A stretch of 64,000 nucleotides of DNA from a virus (Duplodnaviria > Heunggongvirae > Uroviricota > Caudoviricetes). Below, piece by piece: positions 43,675-53,590 of the stretch; position 1 is the stretch's first letter; each line of letters opens with the position of its first letter. The notes under the pieces are model-generated. The model had not been told where the DNA came from and did not search any database. It saw only the letters and a program-made list of their open reading frames with translations. The position numbers and the translations under genes were made by a program. Where the stretch lies: positions 124,067-188,066 of the IMG/VR virus record IMGVR_UViG_3300037851_000345; one strand, given 5' to 3'.

Positions 43675-44496
43675 ATGAAGAAAATTAAAAAGGCTAAAAA
43701 AGCCAAGAAAATCAAGACCAAGAAACTCGTTGCAGTTGTGCCAAAGAAAAAGAGAGGCAGACCCCGCAAGGAAAAGGTCGCTGTTGCCCCGAAGAAAAGA
43801 GGCAGACCCCGCAAGGTCGAGAAGGCCGGGAAGGGAACCAAGAAGGAAAAACTTCACAAGATTGCGAAACTCGGAAAGCGTAAATATAAGAAGGCAGTGG
43901 AAGAGATGGCGATGACAAAAATTGGCAAAAAGATGCGGCGCAAGAACAGCATCGGCAACGGTGCTTCTCACGGCGATACCGTTTCTAGCAGGGACGGAAT
44001 CAACTACAGCAAGTACAGCCCGATTGCGGCCGGGCCGAATCAACTCCCTGTCGGGGTTAATAGCTCTTCAGATAAGAAAGATGCAATTGCAAAAACACCC
44101 GTTCGACCTATCTTAGACAGAATCAAGAACCGTCTGATTGAAAAAGGATACAAGTGGAAAGAGTCCACGTTCAAGGTTGTCGAGAAAACTGCGACAATGT
44201 GGGCGGTGGAGTTCGTTGACAAAAAACAGGGCGAAATCACGAGTTTCGCCAAGGTCGATGACTTGAAGAAGGCTCAGGAGATTGAGGAAAGGATTGCGAA
44301 TGGCCAAGCCACCAAGCCGCCGAAACTGTCGAAGATAGAGTTGAATCGCTACGTCAAAAAACTCGTAGAGCGAGGACTTCACCCGACCAATATCAAAGTC
44401 ATTGAGAACACGCCTGAGTATTTCAAAATTGAGTTCAACGATGGCAATAACGGCTCGGTTGTTACATGCGGACACGTGAAAACCTGGGACTTATGA
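43675..44496 (+). CDS. AT-hook DNA-binding protein (basic, histone-like N-terminus)
   Basis: Two KRGRPRK AT-hook motifs sit in a Lys-rich N-terminal 70 aa. SD aaggag. Confidence 0.5.
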   Translation: MKKIKKAKKAKKIKTKKLVAVVPKKKRGRPRKEKVAVAPKKRGRPRKVEKAGKGTKKEKLHKIAKLGKRKYKKAVEEMAMTKIGKKMRRKNSIGNGASHGDTVSSRDGINYSKYSPIAAGPNQLPVGVNSSSDKKDAIAKTPVRPILDRIKNRLIEKGYKWKESTFKVVEKTATMWAVEFVDKKQGEITSFAKVDDLKKAQEIEERIANGQATKPPKLSKIELNRYVKKLVERGLHPTNIKVIENTPEYFKIEFNDGNNGSVVTCGHVKTWDL

Positions 44497-44771
44497 ACTT
44501 GACAAAATATATTTTTAGTAAATGGGAGAAGGAAGCGGAAAAGGTTGACAAGTTTAAAGTAAACTTTAAAACACTTGTTGATTCTAGTTTCTCAGCAATT
44601 TGTACGACACAGGGTCTGGTTTCTTTTTTAAACCTGAAAAATACACTCTTATCTACTCTTATTGTTATTATATGTTTCGTAGGGTATTTTCATGCCTTCC
44701 ATCTATGGCATATTGGTAATGTTTTAATCGGGATTGACCCCGAAGATGCCAAGAAAAATGTCAAAACTTAA
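44466..44771 (+). CDS. hypothetical small membrane protein
   Basis: 101 aa ORF with one hydrophobic helix. Confidence 0.35.
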   Translation: MRTRENLGLMNLTKYIFSKWEKEAEKVDKFKVNFKTLVDSSFSAICTTQGLVSFLNLKNTLLSTLIVIICFVGYFHAFHLWHIGNVLIGIDPEDAKKNVKT

Positions 44772-44931
44772 AACCATCAAACGGGCTAAGTGGTGGTGCG
44801 ACTGCTGTGATGGAGCCATCGTAGCAGTTGGTAAAAAATGCCCTAGATGCGGCAGAAAAAACAGGCAAATGAAGCCTGGCCGACTTGACAAAAGCGAAAA
44901 AATGGAGTATAATAAGGTTAATGAAGAATAA
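44734..44931 (+). CDS. zinc-ribbon small protein
   Basis: CDCCDG...CPRCGRKN. Confidence 0.3.
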   Translation: MTPKMPRKMSKLKTIKRAKWWCDCCDGAIVAVGKKCPRCGRKNRQMKPGRLDKSEKMEYNKVNEE

Positions 44932-45514
44932 AATAATGGTTTCGGATATCTGCAAAGCGTTCAACGACAAAGCTGTTGGCAGCAAAATCCTGCTCAATTT
45001 CAGAGCGAATTTTTGGCTTGAATTGGACAAGGCCATCGAAGCCCACGACTTTTCAACGGGCTTGGTCAAAGGCCAGGCCGTTATCGACCTTCCCAAAAAG
45101 GTCAACGATTGGGTGTCCGCAGGGACTTGGAAGCGTGGTAGCAAAGACCCGAAAGACTACGTGCTTCGGCAATATCGGGGCGAGGTCGGAATGTACCTGA
45201 AACGCCGCCCTGAAATGAAGAGTGTTCGAGTGCGTTGCGTTGTGTACACCACGGACGCTTACAAGAAAGACCCCGATTTCACTAAGGACGAGGCTCGGCA
45301 GTTGAAGAAATTCTTCGGCAAGGAAGAAGGCTACGTCCTAGTGGCCGTCCTTGGCGACCCCGACAGAAATCTTTCCACGGTTTCCTATTCCCGCTTCGTC
45401 AAGAATCTTGCGGGTGCTAACAACGAGTACAAGGTAATGAGCAAGGACGAAGTTGTGGCCTTGGCTCAGAAGGTTGTCGATTATCGTAGCAAGTACATGG
45501 GAGTGGCAGACTAA
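44885..45514 (+). CDS. hypothetical protein
   Basis: 209 aa ORF. Confidence 0.4.
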   Translation: MTKAKKWSIIRLMKNKIMVSDICKAFNDKAVGSKILLNFRANFWLELDKAIEAHDFSTGLVKGQAVIDLPKKVNDWVSAGTWKRGSKDPKDYVLRQYRGEVGMYLKRRPEMKSVRVRCVVYTTDAYKKDPDFTKDEARQLKKFFGKEEGYVLVAVLGDPDRNLSTVSYSRFVKNLAGANNEYKVMSKDEVVALAQKVVDYRSKYMGVAD

Positions 45515-45515
45515 A

Positions 45516-45704
45516 ATGAAAGCCCCTTTAAGAATTGAATTTCTGTGTGATAATGCCTTGGAAGTTGTTGATGCAAATGGTTGCTCTATTTTTGAGTTAA
45601 TGGTAGAAGATTACTCAATTCCTAGAGAAACTGTTGCTGACCTTCAAGAAATACTCAATGTTTATAACAAGGCAAAAAAAGAAAACAAAACGGAGCAAAA
45701 ATGA
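45516..45704 (+). CDS. hypothetical small protein
   Basis: The internal Met of the 45453 ORF (MKAPLRIEF) follows the stop of the upstream gene. Confidence 0.3.
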   Translation: MKAPLRIEFLCDNALEVVDANGCSIFELMVEDYSIPRETVADLQEILNVYNKAKKENKTEQK

Positions 45705-46918
45705 TAAACCTAATCAAGTCCCTAGAGAACGAGCCGAGCATCAACAACAAGATGGAACTGCTCAAGCAGTTCAAGGACAAGGCTCTGTTGAAAGAGGTCT
45801 TGTTCTACACGCTCAATCCCGAATTTAACTACTACATCAAGAAACTGCCTGAAATGCAAACGGGAAAAATAAGTTTTGAAAATGGTTGGTCGATAATTAA
45901 ACTCAATCTCGACTATCTGAACCAAAGAAAATACACAGGGCATGAGGCTATTGAGAGGACAGTTTTTGTTCTTGAACAACTCAATCCCGAAGCCCAAGAC
46001 ATTGCCAAGCGCATCCTGTTTCGTGATTTACGTTGTAACGTCAGCGACAGTATCGTAAACAAGGTTTTCCCGAAACTGATTCCTGAGTTCAAGGTGCAGT
46101 TGGCGAACAAGTACGACCCCGACAAAAAGTATAAGAATCAAATGTGGGCCGCTTCAAGAAAAATGGATGGCCTTCGATGTGCCTTTGTCAACGGCAAACT
46201 CTACACCCGCAACGGAAAGGAAGTTTTCGGGTTCGACCACATCGTAGAGGAACTGAACACCCTAGGAACGTATGACCTGATTGACGGAGAACTGTACAGC
46301 CCCGAAATTCCGTTTCAGGAAATTCAGGGCTACGTGATGCGGAAGAAAAATGTTGTCGAAGAGGACAAGAAGAAAATCTTCTACAATATTTTTGTGATGT
46401 TAGATGGTGGAATGACAACTACACAAAAAATGATTGATAAAATGGAATTGACATCCCATTGGTCAAAAACTTGGCCTTTTCAATATCTCCGCTTCGTGGA
46501 GTACGAAATCATTCCCAACGATTTCGACAAAATCAAGGAACTGAATGACAAGTATGTTGCCGAAGGCTACGAGGGCGTGATGCTTCGGAGCATGAATCAG
46601 GTCTACGATTGGAAACGAAGCGATGCCCTTTTGAAATACAAATCCTTTAAAGAATCCGATTTAAAAATCGTTGATATGGTTGAAGGGGAAGGTAAATACA
46701 AAGGGATGCTTGGTGCTTTTGTTTGTGAAGGAAAAGTTGAAGGACACAAAGTTAAAACAGAAGTTGGTAGTGGTTTTAATGACGAACAAAGAGAAGAATT
46801 TTGGAAGGAAAAGAAAACGATAATTGGCACTCTTGCCGAAATTAAATATCAAAATTTATCCGATGATAACTCTTCTTTACGGTTCCCGATTTTTTTGAAA
46901 TTCAAGTTGGATAGATAA
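45701..46918 (+). CDS. lig: ATP-dependent DNA ligase
   Basis: KMDGLR is motif I, EGVMLR motif IV and LLKYK motif V. The C-terminal OB-like region fits as well. Confidence 0.7.
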   Translation: MINLIKSLENEPSINNKMELLKQFKDKALLKEVLFYTLNPEFNYYIKKLPEMQTGKISFENGWSIIKLNLDYLNQRKYTGHEAIERTVFVLEQLNPEAQDIAKRILFRDLRCNVSDSIVNKVFPKLIPEFKVQLANKYDPDKKYKNQMWAASRKMDGLRCAFVNGKLYTRNGKEVFGFDHIVEELNTLGTYDLIDGELYSPEIPFQEIQGYVMRKKNVVEEDKKKIFYNIFVMLDGGMTTTQKMIDKMELTSHWSKTWPFQYLRFVEYEIIPNDFDKIKELNDKYVAEGYEGVMLRSMNQVYDWKRSDALLKYKSFKESDLKIVDMVEGEGKYKGMLGAFVCEGKVEGHKVKTEVGSGFNDEQREEFWKEKKTIIGTLAEIKYQNLSDDNSSLRFPIFLKFKLDR

Positions 46919-47025
46919 GTGAAATCAATAAATAGTAGTGAGGGACAGGGTTCGCCACCTTTTCAAAACACCCCTAATGTTTTGAATAACCTCACTATTA
47001 TTTTAGTTTTTAGGGGGAACCAAAA

Positions 47026-47592
47026 ATGATTATCTATCAAATCCAAAACAAAATAACAAAAAAACTTTACATCGGATATTCTACCAAATTTAATTCTAAT
47101 GAAGAACTACAAAAAAGCAGATATTGGGGTAGTGGTATTCATATCAAAAACGCAGTTAAAAAATACGGAATAAATAATTTTGAACGACTAGTTTTGGTAG
47201 AAAATATTTGTGATTTTGAAGAGTTGAAAAATAATGAAATTTTATGGATAACAAAGAAAAACACAAAACACCCCAATGGATATAATTTAACAGATGGCGG
47301 TGGGGGTAAATGGGGTTGGAAAGCATCTGAAAAAACAAAAGAAAAATTAAGACTAAGTTTAACAAATAACCCAAAAGTAAAAAGGGCTTGGACTCCTGAG
47401 AGAAGAAAACAACAGGCTATAAGAGCAAAAGAAAGACTAGAAAAATACAGAAATAATTATAAAGGGGAAAACAACCCAATGTACGGGGTTCATCGTTTCG
47501 GAAAAGACAACCCGATGTACGGGGTTCATCGTTTCGGAAAAGATAATCCAAATTATAGACACGGAAAATATTCTACGAAAGAGGACAGGTAA
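47026..47592 (+). CDS. GIY-YIG homing endonuclease with duplicated NUMOD3-like motif
   Basis: KLYIGYS.., GYNLTDGGGG and a tandem NPMYGVHRFGKD repeat (a 30-nt DNA repeat at about 47463-47532). Confidence 0.7.
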   Translation: MIIYQIQNKITKKLYIGYSTKFNSNEELQKSRYWGSGIHIKNAVKKYGINNFERLVLVENICDFEELKNNEILWITKKNTKHPNGYNLTDGGGGKWGWKASEKTKEKLRLSLTNNPKVKRAWTPERRKQQAIRAKERLEKYRNNYKGENNPMYGVHRFGKDNPMYGVHRFGKDNPNYRHGKYSTKEDR

Positions 47593-47594
47593 AA

Positions 47595-47921
47595 ATGGCA
47601 AAAATAACAACGGCAAACTGTAAACAAGCGATTGTGGATTACGTTCTAGCACACCCTGCTGAATGGACAACCCCAAATGCCTTAGCAGGTTTTAAAATGT
47701 ACGGCGGCTCTGTTGCTGCTATGATGCAACCAAAAAATTGGGTGCGTATCAACAAAGAAACGGTCAACTCTCCGCAGAATTGGTTTGATGGAAAACCGAT
47801 GCAGATGGGTGATATCGTGAGAACATTTAACTGCATCCCTAGTCAATTTGACGAATCTATTCAAGGCGAAGTCCTAGAAAGTAACGGGCAAATTGTCGGG
47901 GTTTACGTGGGGGTAGGATAA
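47595..47921 (+). CDS. hypothetical protein
   Basis: 108 aa ORF. Confidence 0.4.
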   Translation: MAKITTANCKQAIVDYVLAHPAEWTTPNALAGFKMYGGSVAAMMQPKNWVRINKETVNSPQNWFDGKPMQMGDIVRTFNCIPSQFDESIQGEVLESNGQIVGVYVGVG

Positions 47922-49265
47922 ATGGAACAGGTAATTAAAACACTTATGCAATATTTCTTGAAGGCTAAGAAATGGTTCAGGGATTTAATTAACGACACGG
48001 ACGAACAGTTTGTCGTGGGAACGGCAATCGTTATAATTCTAACGATAACCCTGCTCATCTTTCTTCCGAATGAAATCCGACACGCCAAGTTGATTCCGCT
48101 CGGCTTCTCCGAAATCGAACAGATTGAACTTGATGCAGAACGGAACCACAAGTCCGTTGACCCTATCACCGAATACTACGCCAAGATGAGCGATGTCACC
48201 AACAAGGTTTTTGAGTGTTGGAATACCTCTCTTGAGTTTGGTTTAATCGGGGCTAACGAAGCGTTCGCTAGGGAATTAGACGCTAGAAAAAACAAGATTT
48301 ACAAGTACGAGTTCGACCTGTTAGACACCTTGCCAACAACGATTAACAAGGTGCTAGCCACGTTAAAAAAGTATATCGCCCTGACCCCTACTTTACGAAA
48401 TGTAGAAATCCAATTTGGCGAGGCGTGGGACGAAAAACACGATGATGAGTACAGGACGGAAATTTATTTCACAACCTCAACCGATTCCAACGGGAATACG
48501 CACACCGAAATGCACACTCGACAGGTTTACGACCACACCGACCATTCCTATTGGTATCACAAGCCGCAGGGCGAGAAAGCCTATCAGAGCGGCATACGGA
48601 TGTTAAAATATTTCTACCGCTTGGATTGGCCAGGAAATTTAATGCGGCCTTCTAGAACAAACGCCGAAGGTGAATATGCCGCCGACAAGAGCCGCAGAGT
48701 GGAGCGACACGACAGGGCTTCCCTGATGGAAATTGCAACGATGTGGAACACGGGTTCACTCTACAACAATCTCAGGGACGATATCCTAGCCTACAACGGG
48801 ATGTACGGACTGATGAAAGTGTGGGAAAAGGACAAGGACACGGCACACGATGATTCTTACAGTACAGGCTCCTCTAGCGACCCTGGCCCCAAAGAATATC
48901 AGTCCGTTGAGAATATCAGGGACTTGGCAAACAGGGTTATTCAGGCCATCAACCAGCTTGTTTTCTCGCTCCAAACCACAAGAGGAGAACTGCCGATTCT
49001 GAAAAGTAAAATTGAGGAATATATTGCTGTAGTGTTAAATGGCAAAAAAGGTAATGCAAACTCTCTGCGGCGGGAAATTATTTCGATGTCAGAGAAAATG
49101 TATGACCGCAATTTCCCGCACGGAATCAACCACAATACCTTCAGAGTAGGGTTGTTAATCCTGTGGGTTGTGATAGCACTTATCCTAGGATTCCTAATCG
49201 GCTGTGGTTTAAAGGCTTGGAGCGATACTTATGATTATACCGAACACGCAACTGCCCCCTATTGA
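47922..49265 (+). CDS. hypothetical protein with N-terminal and C-terminal TM helices
   Basis: 447 aa ORF. Confidence 0.45.
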   Translation: MEQVIKTLMQYFLKAKKWFRDLINDTDEQFVVGTAIVIILTITLLIFLPNEIRHAKLIPLGFSEIEQIELDAERNHKSVDPITEYYAKMSDVTNKVFECWNTSLEFGLIGANEAFARELDARKNKIYKYEFDLLDTLPTTINKVLATLKKYIALTPTLRNVEIQFGEAWDEKHDDEYRTEIYFTTSTDSNGNTHTEMHTRQVYDHTDHSYWYHKPQGEKAYQSGIRMLKYFYRLDWPGNLMRPSRTNAEGEYAADKSRRVERHDRASLMEIATMWNTGSLYNNLRDDILAYNGMYGLMKVWEKDKDTAHDDSYSTGSSSDPGPKEYQSVENIRDLANRVIQAINQLVFSLQTTRGELPILKSKIEEYIAVVLNGKKGNANSLRREIISMSEKMYDRNFPHGINHNTFRVGLLILWVVIALILGFLIGCGLKAWSDTYDYTEHATAPY

Positions 49266-49290
49266 CAAATCGCTAAAATTGTGATATAAT
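49263..49290 (+). promoter_or_regulatory. sigma70-type promoter TTGACA-16-TGnTATAAT
   Basis: aTTGACAaatcgctaaaattgTGaTATAAT lies upstream of the nucleotidyltransferase gene. Confidence 0.55.
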
Positions 49291-49298
49291 TTTAAAGA

Positions 49299-50249
49299 AT
49301 GAATGAGAAACTTTTTGCTGAAAAGGGAAAAATTCTTGAATACAGGGTAGGTTCCCATTTGTACGGCACTAACACCCCGACCTCTGACGAAGACTTCAGC
49401 GGCATGTTCGTGGCTCCCGAAGAGTACTACCTTGGGCTGAATGCTGTCGAAGAGGTTGACCTTTCCGTTGTGTCGAAAGGTAAGGACGGCAAGAACAACC
49501 CTGACGCTGTTGACCGCAAACTCTACGAGTTCCGTAAGTTCGTGCGGTTGTCCCTAGAGAACAACCCGAACGTGGTGGAGCAATTGTTTGTGAACAAGCC
49601 GAACGTGATGTATATGAACGAAATGGGTCTGAAACTTTTGGACAACCGTCATCTGTTTTTGCATCGGGGCTTGAAGCACAAGTTTTTGGGCTACGGCTTT
49701 TCGCAAAAGCACAAAATGGTAATCAGGACTGACAAGTTCTACGAACTGAAAAATGCTCTTGATTGGATGGTGGAGTTTAACAAACCTGAGACTTACATGG
49801 TGGAGTTGAAGGACAAGAATCTGCCGTTTATGATGTTCAAGCAAAAGCACGTAACTATCGGAGACTTGGACTTCGAACTGACCCGTCAACTCAGGTGGGT
49901 TGTTAAAAAGATAAGCGAACGCCTAGATAAAGTAGGCAACCGCAAGGAACTCTACCTAAGCAAAGGATACGATACCAAGTTCGCTTCGCATTTCCTGCGG
50001 CTTTTGATAGAAGGGATGGAACTGCTTGAAACGGGAGATTTGCAATTCCCGTTGAAGGACAGGCAACTCATTCTAGAGGTCAAGGAGGGTAAGTGGAAAC
50101 TCAACGAGGTTTTGAAACTCGGAGAGGAATTGGAAAAGTGGGTGGAAAAGATGAGCAAAAAATCGCCGCTTCCTTCCCAGCCCCGCTACGAAGAGGTCAA
50201 TCGCCTCGTGGTTGAAATGCTAAAAGAGCATTTCAGTTACGGGGTGTGA
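49299..50249 (+). CDS. Pol-beta-superfamily nucleotidyltransferase domain protein
   Basis: VGSHLYGTNTPTSDEDF matches the hG[GS]x(9-13)D.[DE] nucleotidyltransferase signature. The C-terminal half is helical. Confidence 0.5.
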   Translation: MNEKLFAEKGKILEYRVGSHLYGTNTPTSDEDFSGMFVAPEEYYLGLNAVEEVDLSVVSKGKDGKNNPDAVDRKLYEFRKFVRLSLENNPNVVEQLFVNKPNVMYMNEMGLKLLDNRHLFLHRGLKHKFLGYGFSQKHKMVIRTDKFYELKNALDWMVEFNKPETYMVELKDKNLPFMMFKQKHVTIGDLDFELTRQLRWVVKKISERLDKVGNRKELYLSKGYDTKFASHFLRLLIEGMELLETGDLQFPLKDRQLILEVKEGKWKLNEVLKLGEELEKWVEKMSKKSPLPSQPRYEEVNRLVVEMLKEHFSYGV

Positions 50250-50316
50250 TATAATGAAAGGAATGGTATTTTTGTGATTGAGGATAAGAAAATCAAAATC
50301 AAGGAGAACGAGGATT

Positions 50317-50484
50317 ATGAAAACTGTTAAAAAAGGTAAGAACGTCAAGCGAGTGAAGGACAAGGCCGCTGTCAAAATGGTGGCAACTGAGGGATGGAAG
50401 TACTGCCCCAAGTCGGAGTACAAGGACTTGGTAAAGGGATGCACCGAAGTGGCCATGGCCGAATTGAACAAGGAGACCGAGTAA
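50317..50484 (+). CDS. hypothetical small protein
   Basis: Start trimmed to the Met after SD aggagaacgagg. Confidence 0.3.
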   Translation: MKTVKKGKNVKRVKDKAAVKMVATEGWKYCPKSEYKDLVKGCTEVAMAELNKETE

Positions 50485-50586
50485 TGTGTTTCAATACGGC
50501 AGCGACCATCATGACGTGCGCGCTCATGGTAGCCGTGGTCATCCTCTGTACTCTCAAGATGATACTAGATTACAAGGAAAGAAAAA

Positions 50587-50820
50587 ATGGACAACGAAAA
50601 GGTTAAACAGCCGATAGACGAGGAAACCGTCCTGTCGAAGATGACCCCTGCGCAGAAAGAGCAACTTGAAAAATTGAAGGCTCTTTACGAAGACCAAGCA
50701 GCAAAAATTCGCTTCAAGGCCAATCTGCGGAATCAACAACTCCAAAAGAGACAGGCGAAGACGGCGAAGGCGGCGAAGGTCGCTAGGAAACAGAGAAAGG
50801 TTAATAGGAGACGCAAATGA
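50587..50820 (+). CDS. hypothetical basic coiled-coil small protein
   Basis: 77 aa ORF, Lys/Arg-rich. Confidence 0.35.
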   Translation: MDNEKVKQPIDEETVLSKMTPAQKEQLEKLKALYEDQAAKIRFKANLRNQQLQKRQAKTAKAAKVARKQRKVNRRRK

Positions 50821-51011
50821 TAATGTCGTTGAATGAAATCGAAGAGAAGCAGACTGAACTTCTTAAAAAGGTTCAGGTTCTCTTTACCAATAAGAACAGA
50901 ACGCAGAGGGATATGGATGCCCTGTACGATGAAATTCGTACATTTGAAAAGGAACGAAATTCTCTCATAGTTAGTAAAGTCTTTGGAGAAAGCGAAGTCG
51001 ACGACGTCTGA
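50817..51011 (+). CDS. hypothetical small protein
   Basis: 64 aa ORF. Confidence 0.3.
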   Translation: MIMSLNEIEEKQTELLKKVQVLFTNKNRTQRDMDALYDEIRTFEKERNSLIVSKVFGESEVDDV

Positions 51012-51041
51012 TAAATCTATAGACTAAACTAGAGGTAAAAA

Positions 51042-51683
51042 ATGGACGAAAATAACAAAACGATAGAGCAAGAGTTGGAAGAGCAGAAGCGGACTGTATG
51101 GAACAGTTTTAAAGAACTCGACTATGAGAGCCTTACGCCTGGGCAGAGAAAACAACGAGCGCAGGAACTTGTCGAAACGCTCTCTTTGTACCCGATCCCG
51201 CCCGAACTTGATGTCCCCTACGACTTTTGGAAGGACTACGAGGGCACGGACGAGATTAAGGACGTTAATCGGTTCGTGAGATGGGTGTCCGATACGCTTA
51301 CCCAAGTTAAGAAAATGCAAACACCGCCGACCAAGGGTTCTTGGCTCGATAAGGACAGAGGCATCATCCCGAATATGAAGCGGGAGTGGAAAACGAAACT
51401 CGACCCGTTCACGAACGAACGAACGGTCAGGAAAATGTTGGAAAAGAAACTGAACGAAATTATCAATCTTCCTGAGAACAAAGACAATCCTTTCAGCGTC
51501 AACTTTCCCAACATTATGCAGAAGGCTCTTGACAACATCGAAGAGACGGTCTACAAGCCCGTAAGAACGAAAATTGATGAGATTGAGACTGAGATTTACA
51601 ATCGCCTTGGTCTGCCTCAGCCAAAGCGTTTCGTGCCGCCTGTCAAGAAAGCGATTGAAGATGGAACTCTAGACGCTGTATAA
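51042..51683 (+). CDS. hypothetical protein
   Basis: 213 aa ORF with SD gaggtaaaaaatg. Confidence 0.45.
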   Translation: MDENNKTIEQELEEQKRTVWNSFKELDYESLTPGQRKQRAQELVETLSLYPIPPELDVPYDFWKDYEGTDEIKDVNRFVRWVSDTLTQVKKMQTPPTKGSWLDKDRGIIPNMKREWKTKLDPFTNERTVRKMLEKKLNEIINLPENKDNPFSVNFPNIMQKALDNIEETVYKPVRTKIDEIETEIYNRLGLPQPKRFVPPVKKAIEDGTLDAV

Positions 51684-51711
51684 TCTAGACAATGTTTTCT
51701 ACGCCGTCGGC

Positions 51712-52245
51712 GTGACGGGAATTGTTACTGTTTGGTCTATCAACAATATTCTGACCTCGGCTGTAGGCCACAAGATAGTCTACGAAATGAAACAGGCTAC
51801 AACTGGAGCGATTACCACGCTGACCGAGGCGCAATTGCAGACTAGGGTGGATAACAGGCAGATAGTGCGCAACACCGATAATCTGCGGAGCGTCCTAGAA
51901 GAAACGTTTAAAAAGATTACGGACGATTCCATCACGAAAGCGGAGAAAACCAAGAGCAAGTTCTTAAAGGAAAAGTTGGAACGGACGCTAAACGGAAACA
52001 AGCGCAAGGCTGAAACGTCCCTAAAATCCATGAAAAGGAAACTAGAGAACAAAGAGAATGAGATAGACCCTAGTGAAGCAATCGAAGATGACCTGAACAA
52101 AGCCCAAAGAGTTCCAGATGAAATTTACAAGGCTAAGACTGATAGGTGGTCTTTAGAAGACAAACTGAATTGGAAGAAAAAGTTAAAAGGTAATCACCAA
52201 ACTTGGAATAGTTACGAAAAAGATAAGTACGAATCCCCGTTCTGA
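51712..52245 (+). CDS. hypothetical protein
   Basis: 177 aa ORF. Confidence 0.4.
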   Translation: MTGIVTVWSINNILTSAVGHKIVYEMKQATTGAITTLTEAQLQTRVDNRQIVRNTDNLRSVLEETFKKITDDSITKAEKTKSKFLKEKLERTLNGNKRKAETSLKSMKRKLENKENEIDPSEAIEDDLNKAQRVPDEIYKAKTDRWSLEDKLNWKKKLKGNHQTWNSYEKDKYESPF

Positions 52246-52258
52246 ATAAATACAAGTG

Positions 52259-52774
52259 ATGAAATTTAAAAAACTCCCCCGCAAGTTGCGCATCTTCGAT
52301 TTTGACGATACGTTGGCAACTACCGATGCTAAAATCAGAATCTCGAACAAAGGCCTATCCTTATCGACACAGGAATTTGCCGATTACAAAGTCGAACCTG
52401 ACGATAAAATTGACTTTTCTGATTTTGAGCAAGGGGGATTGATTAATCCGAAACCTACCAATTTTCTGAAGACCGCCTTCCGCAAAATAGTGGCCGGTGA
52501 TTCGGATATTATGATTTTAACCGCTAGACCTAACACAAGTGGAATACGAGAGTTCCTGTCGAAGTGGGTTGACCCTAACCGCCTGATAATCGTGGGGGGA
52601 AGAAAGAAAGCCAGGGGCGAGGAATTAGCAAAATTAAAAAAGAACGCAATTCTGTCCCGATTAGATGATTACGATGATGTGCGGTTTTACGATGATAGCG
52701 AAAGAAATATTGAATCCATTAAATCGTTGGAAAGTCCGAAAATCAAAACACAACTAGTTGTCGTTAAAAAGTAA
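52259..52774 (+). CDS. HAD-superfamily phosphatase (candidate polynucleotide 3'-phosphatase)
   Basis: RIFDFDDTLATTD is HAD motif I (DxDxT). Begins MKFKKL. Could be the phosphatase partner of the 18643 kinase. Confidence 0.5.
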   Translation: MKFKKLPRKLRIFDFDDTLATTDAKIRISNKGLSLSTQEFADYKVEPDDKIDFSDFEQGGLINPKPTNFLKTAFRKIVAGDSDIMILTARPNTSGIREFLSKWVDPNRLIIVGGRKKARGEELAKLKKNAILSRLDDYDDVRFYDDSERNIESIKSLESPKIKTQLVVVKK

Positions 52775-52775
52775 A

Positions 52776-53054
52776 TTATTTAGCGGCGGGTTGTTTCTGT
52801 GCAGGAGCCTGAGCAGGAGCCGCCTGTGTGGGTTTTTGACCAGGAGCGGGTTGCTTGGCAGGAGCGACAGGGGCTTTTGGCTGTGCCTGTTTCAAAGCAT
52901 CCTGAATCGTCTTTTGGATAATTGGCGTTATGATTTTAACGATTAAATCCACCATCGCCTGTGCCTGTTTTGGGTCTGCCTGTGCAGGGGCTTGTTGGGC
53001 AGGAGCGGCCTGTGTAGGGGCATTTGCTTCTCTCAATATCTTTGCTTTTAACAT
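52776..53054 (-). CDS. Ala/Pro/Gln-rich low-complexity small protein (doubtful)
   Basis: Only minus-strand ORF in this region; its low-complexity, GC-rich content could be incidental. Confidence 0.25.
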   Translation of the reverse strand: MLKAKILREANAPTQAAPAQQAPAQADPKQAQAMVDLIVKIITPIIQKTIQDALKQAQPKAPVAPAKQPAPGQKPTQAAPAQAPAQKQPAAK

Positions 53055-53095
53055 AGTTCTGAACTCCTACTAGTATTTATTGTTTTGCTTCAAGG

Positions 53096-53146
53096 TGTGG
53101 TATAATATAAACAGGGTTTGACAAACACGAAAAAATGTGCTAAAAT
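53096..53146 (+). promoter_or_regulatory. tandem promoters: TGTGGTATAAT followed by TTGACA-17-TGcTAAAAT
   Basis: They lie upstream of the 53153 gene. Confidence 0.5.
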
Positions 53147-53152
53147 AGGATT

Positions 53153-53590
53153 ATGAGTAAAAGATTATTGAACGAAGCAGAGGCTCTGAAAAAGATTGAA
53201 CTTTCCCTGAAATTACAGGGTAAGTCTTTTAAATCGGAATTTCTCAATTGTTATAATTGTAAATTCTATTGGGGGAATATCATTGGTGGCCGGCCAGTAT
53301 ATTCGCATAACATCAACGGTCAAGCAAATCCTAACCCTGCGCCTGAGAAATGGCATTGGTATTGTTTCCAGTACAAAGGAATTCCCTATCACGCCTACCT
53401 GAGATTTAACGTAATCAGGCATGATGCAAACGGGAAAGAAATTCAGGCAGCGGGCAGACGGCTAGCCAATGGCACGTTTACAACTGACCCGCCTGAGGGG
53501 TGCAAAGACACGCTCGTGCTGAGACAGTCAGGGACTAAGTGGCAATATTCCGTCTGCCGTAGGTTCGAATCGGCTCCTAGGATTAAATAA
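53153..53590 (+). CDS. hypothetical protein
   Basis: 145 aa ORF. Confidence 0.4.
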   Translation: MSKRLLNEAEALKKIELSLKLQGKSFKSEFLNCYNCKFYWGNIIGGRPVYSHNINGQANPNPAPEKWHWYCFQYKGIPYHAYLRFNVIRHDANGKEIQAAGRRLANGTFTTDPPEGCKDTLVLRQSGTKWQYSVCRRFESAPRIK

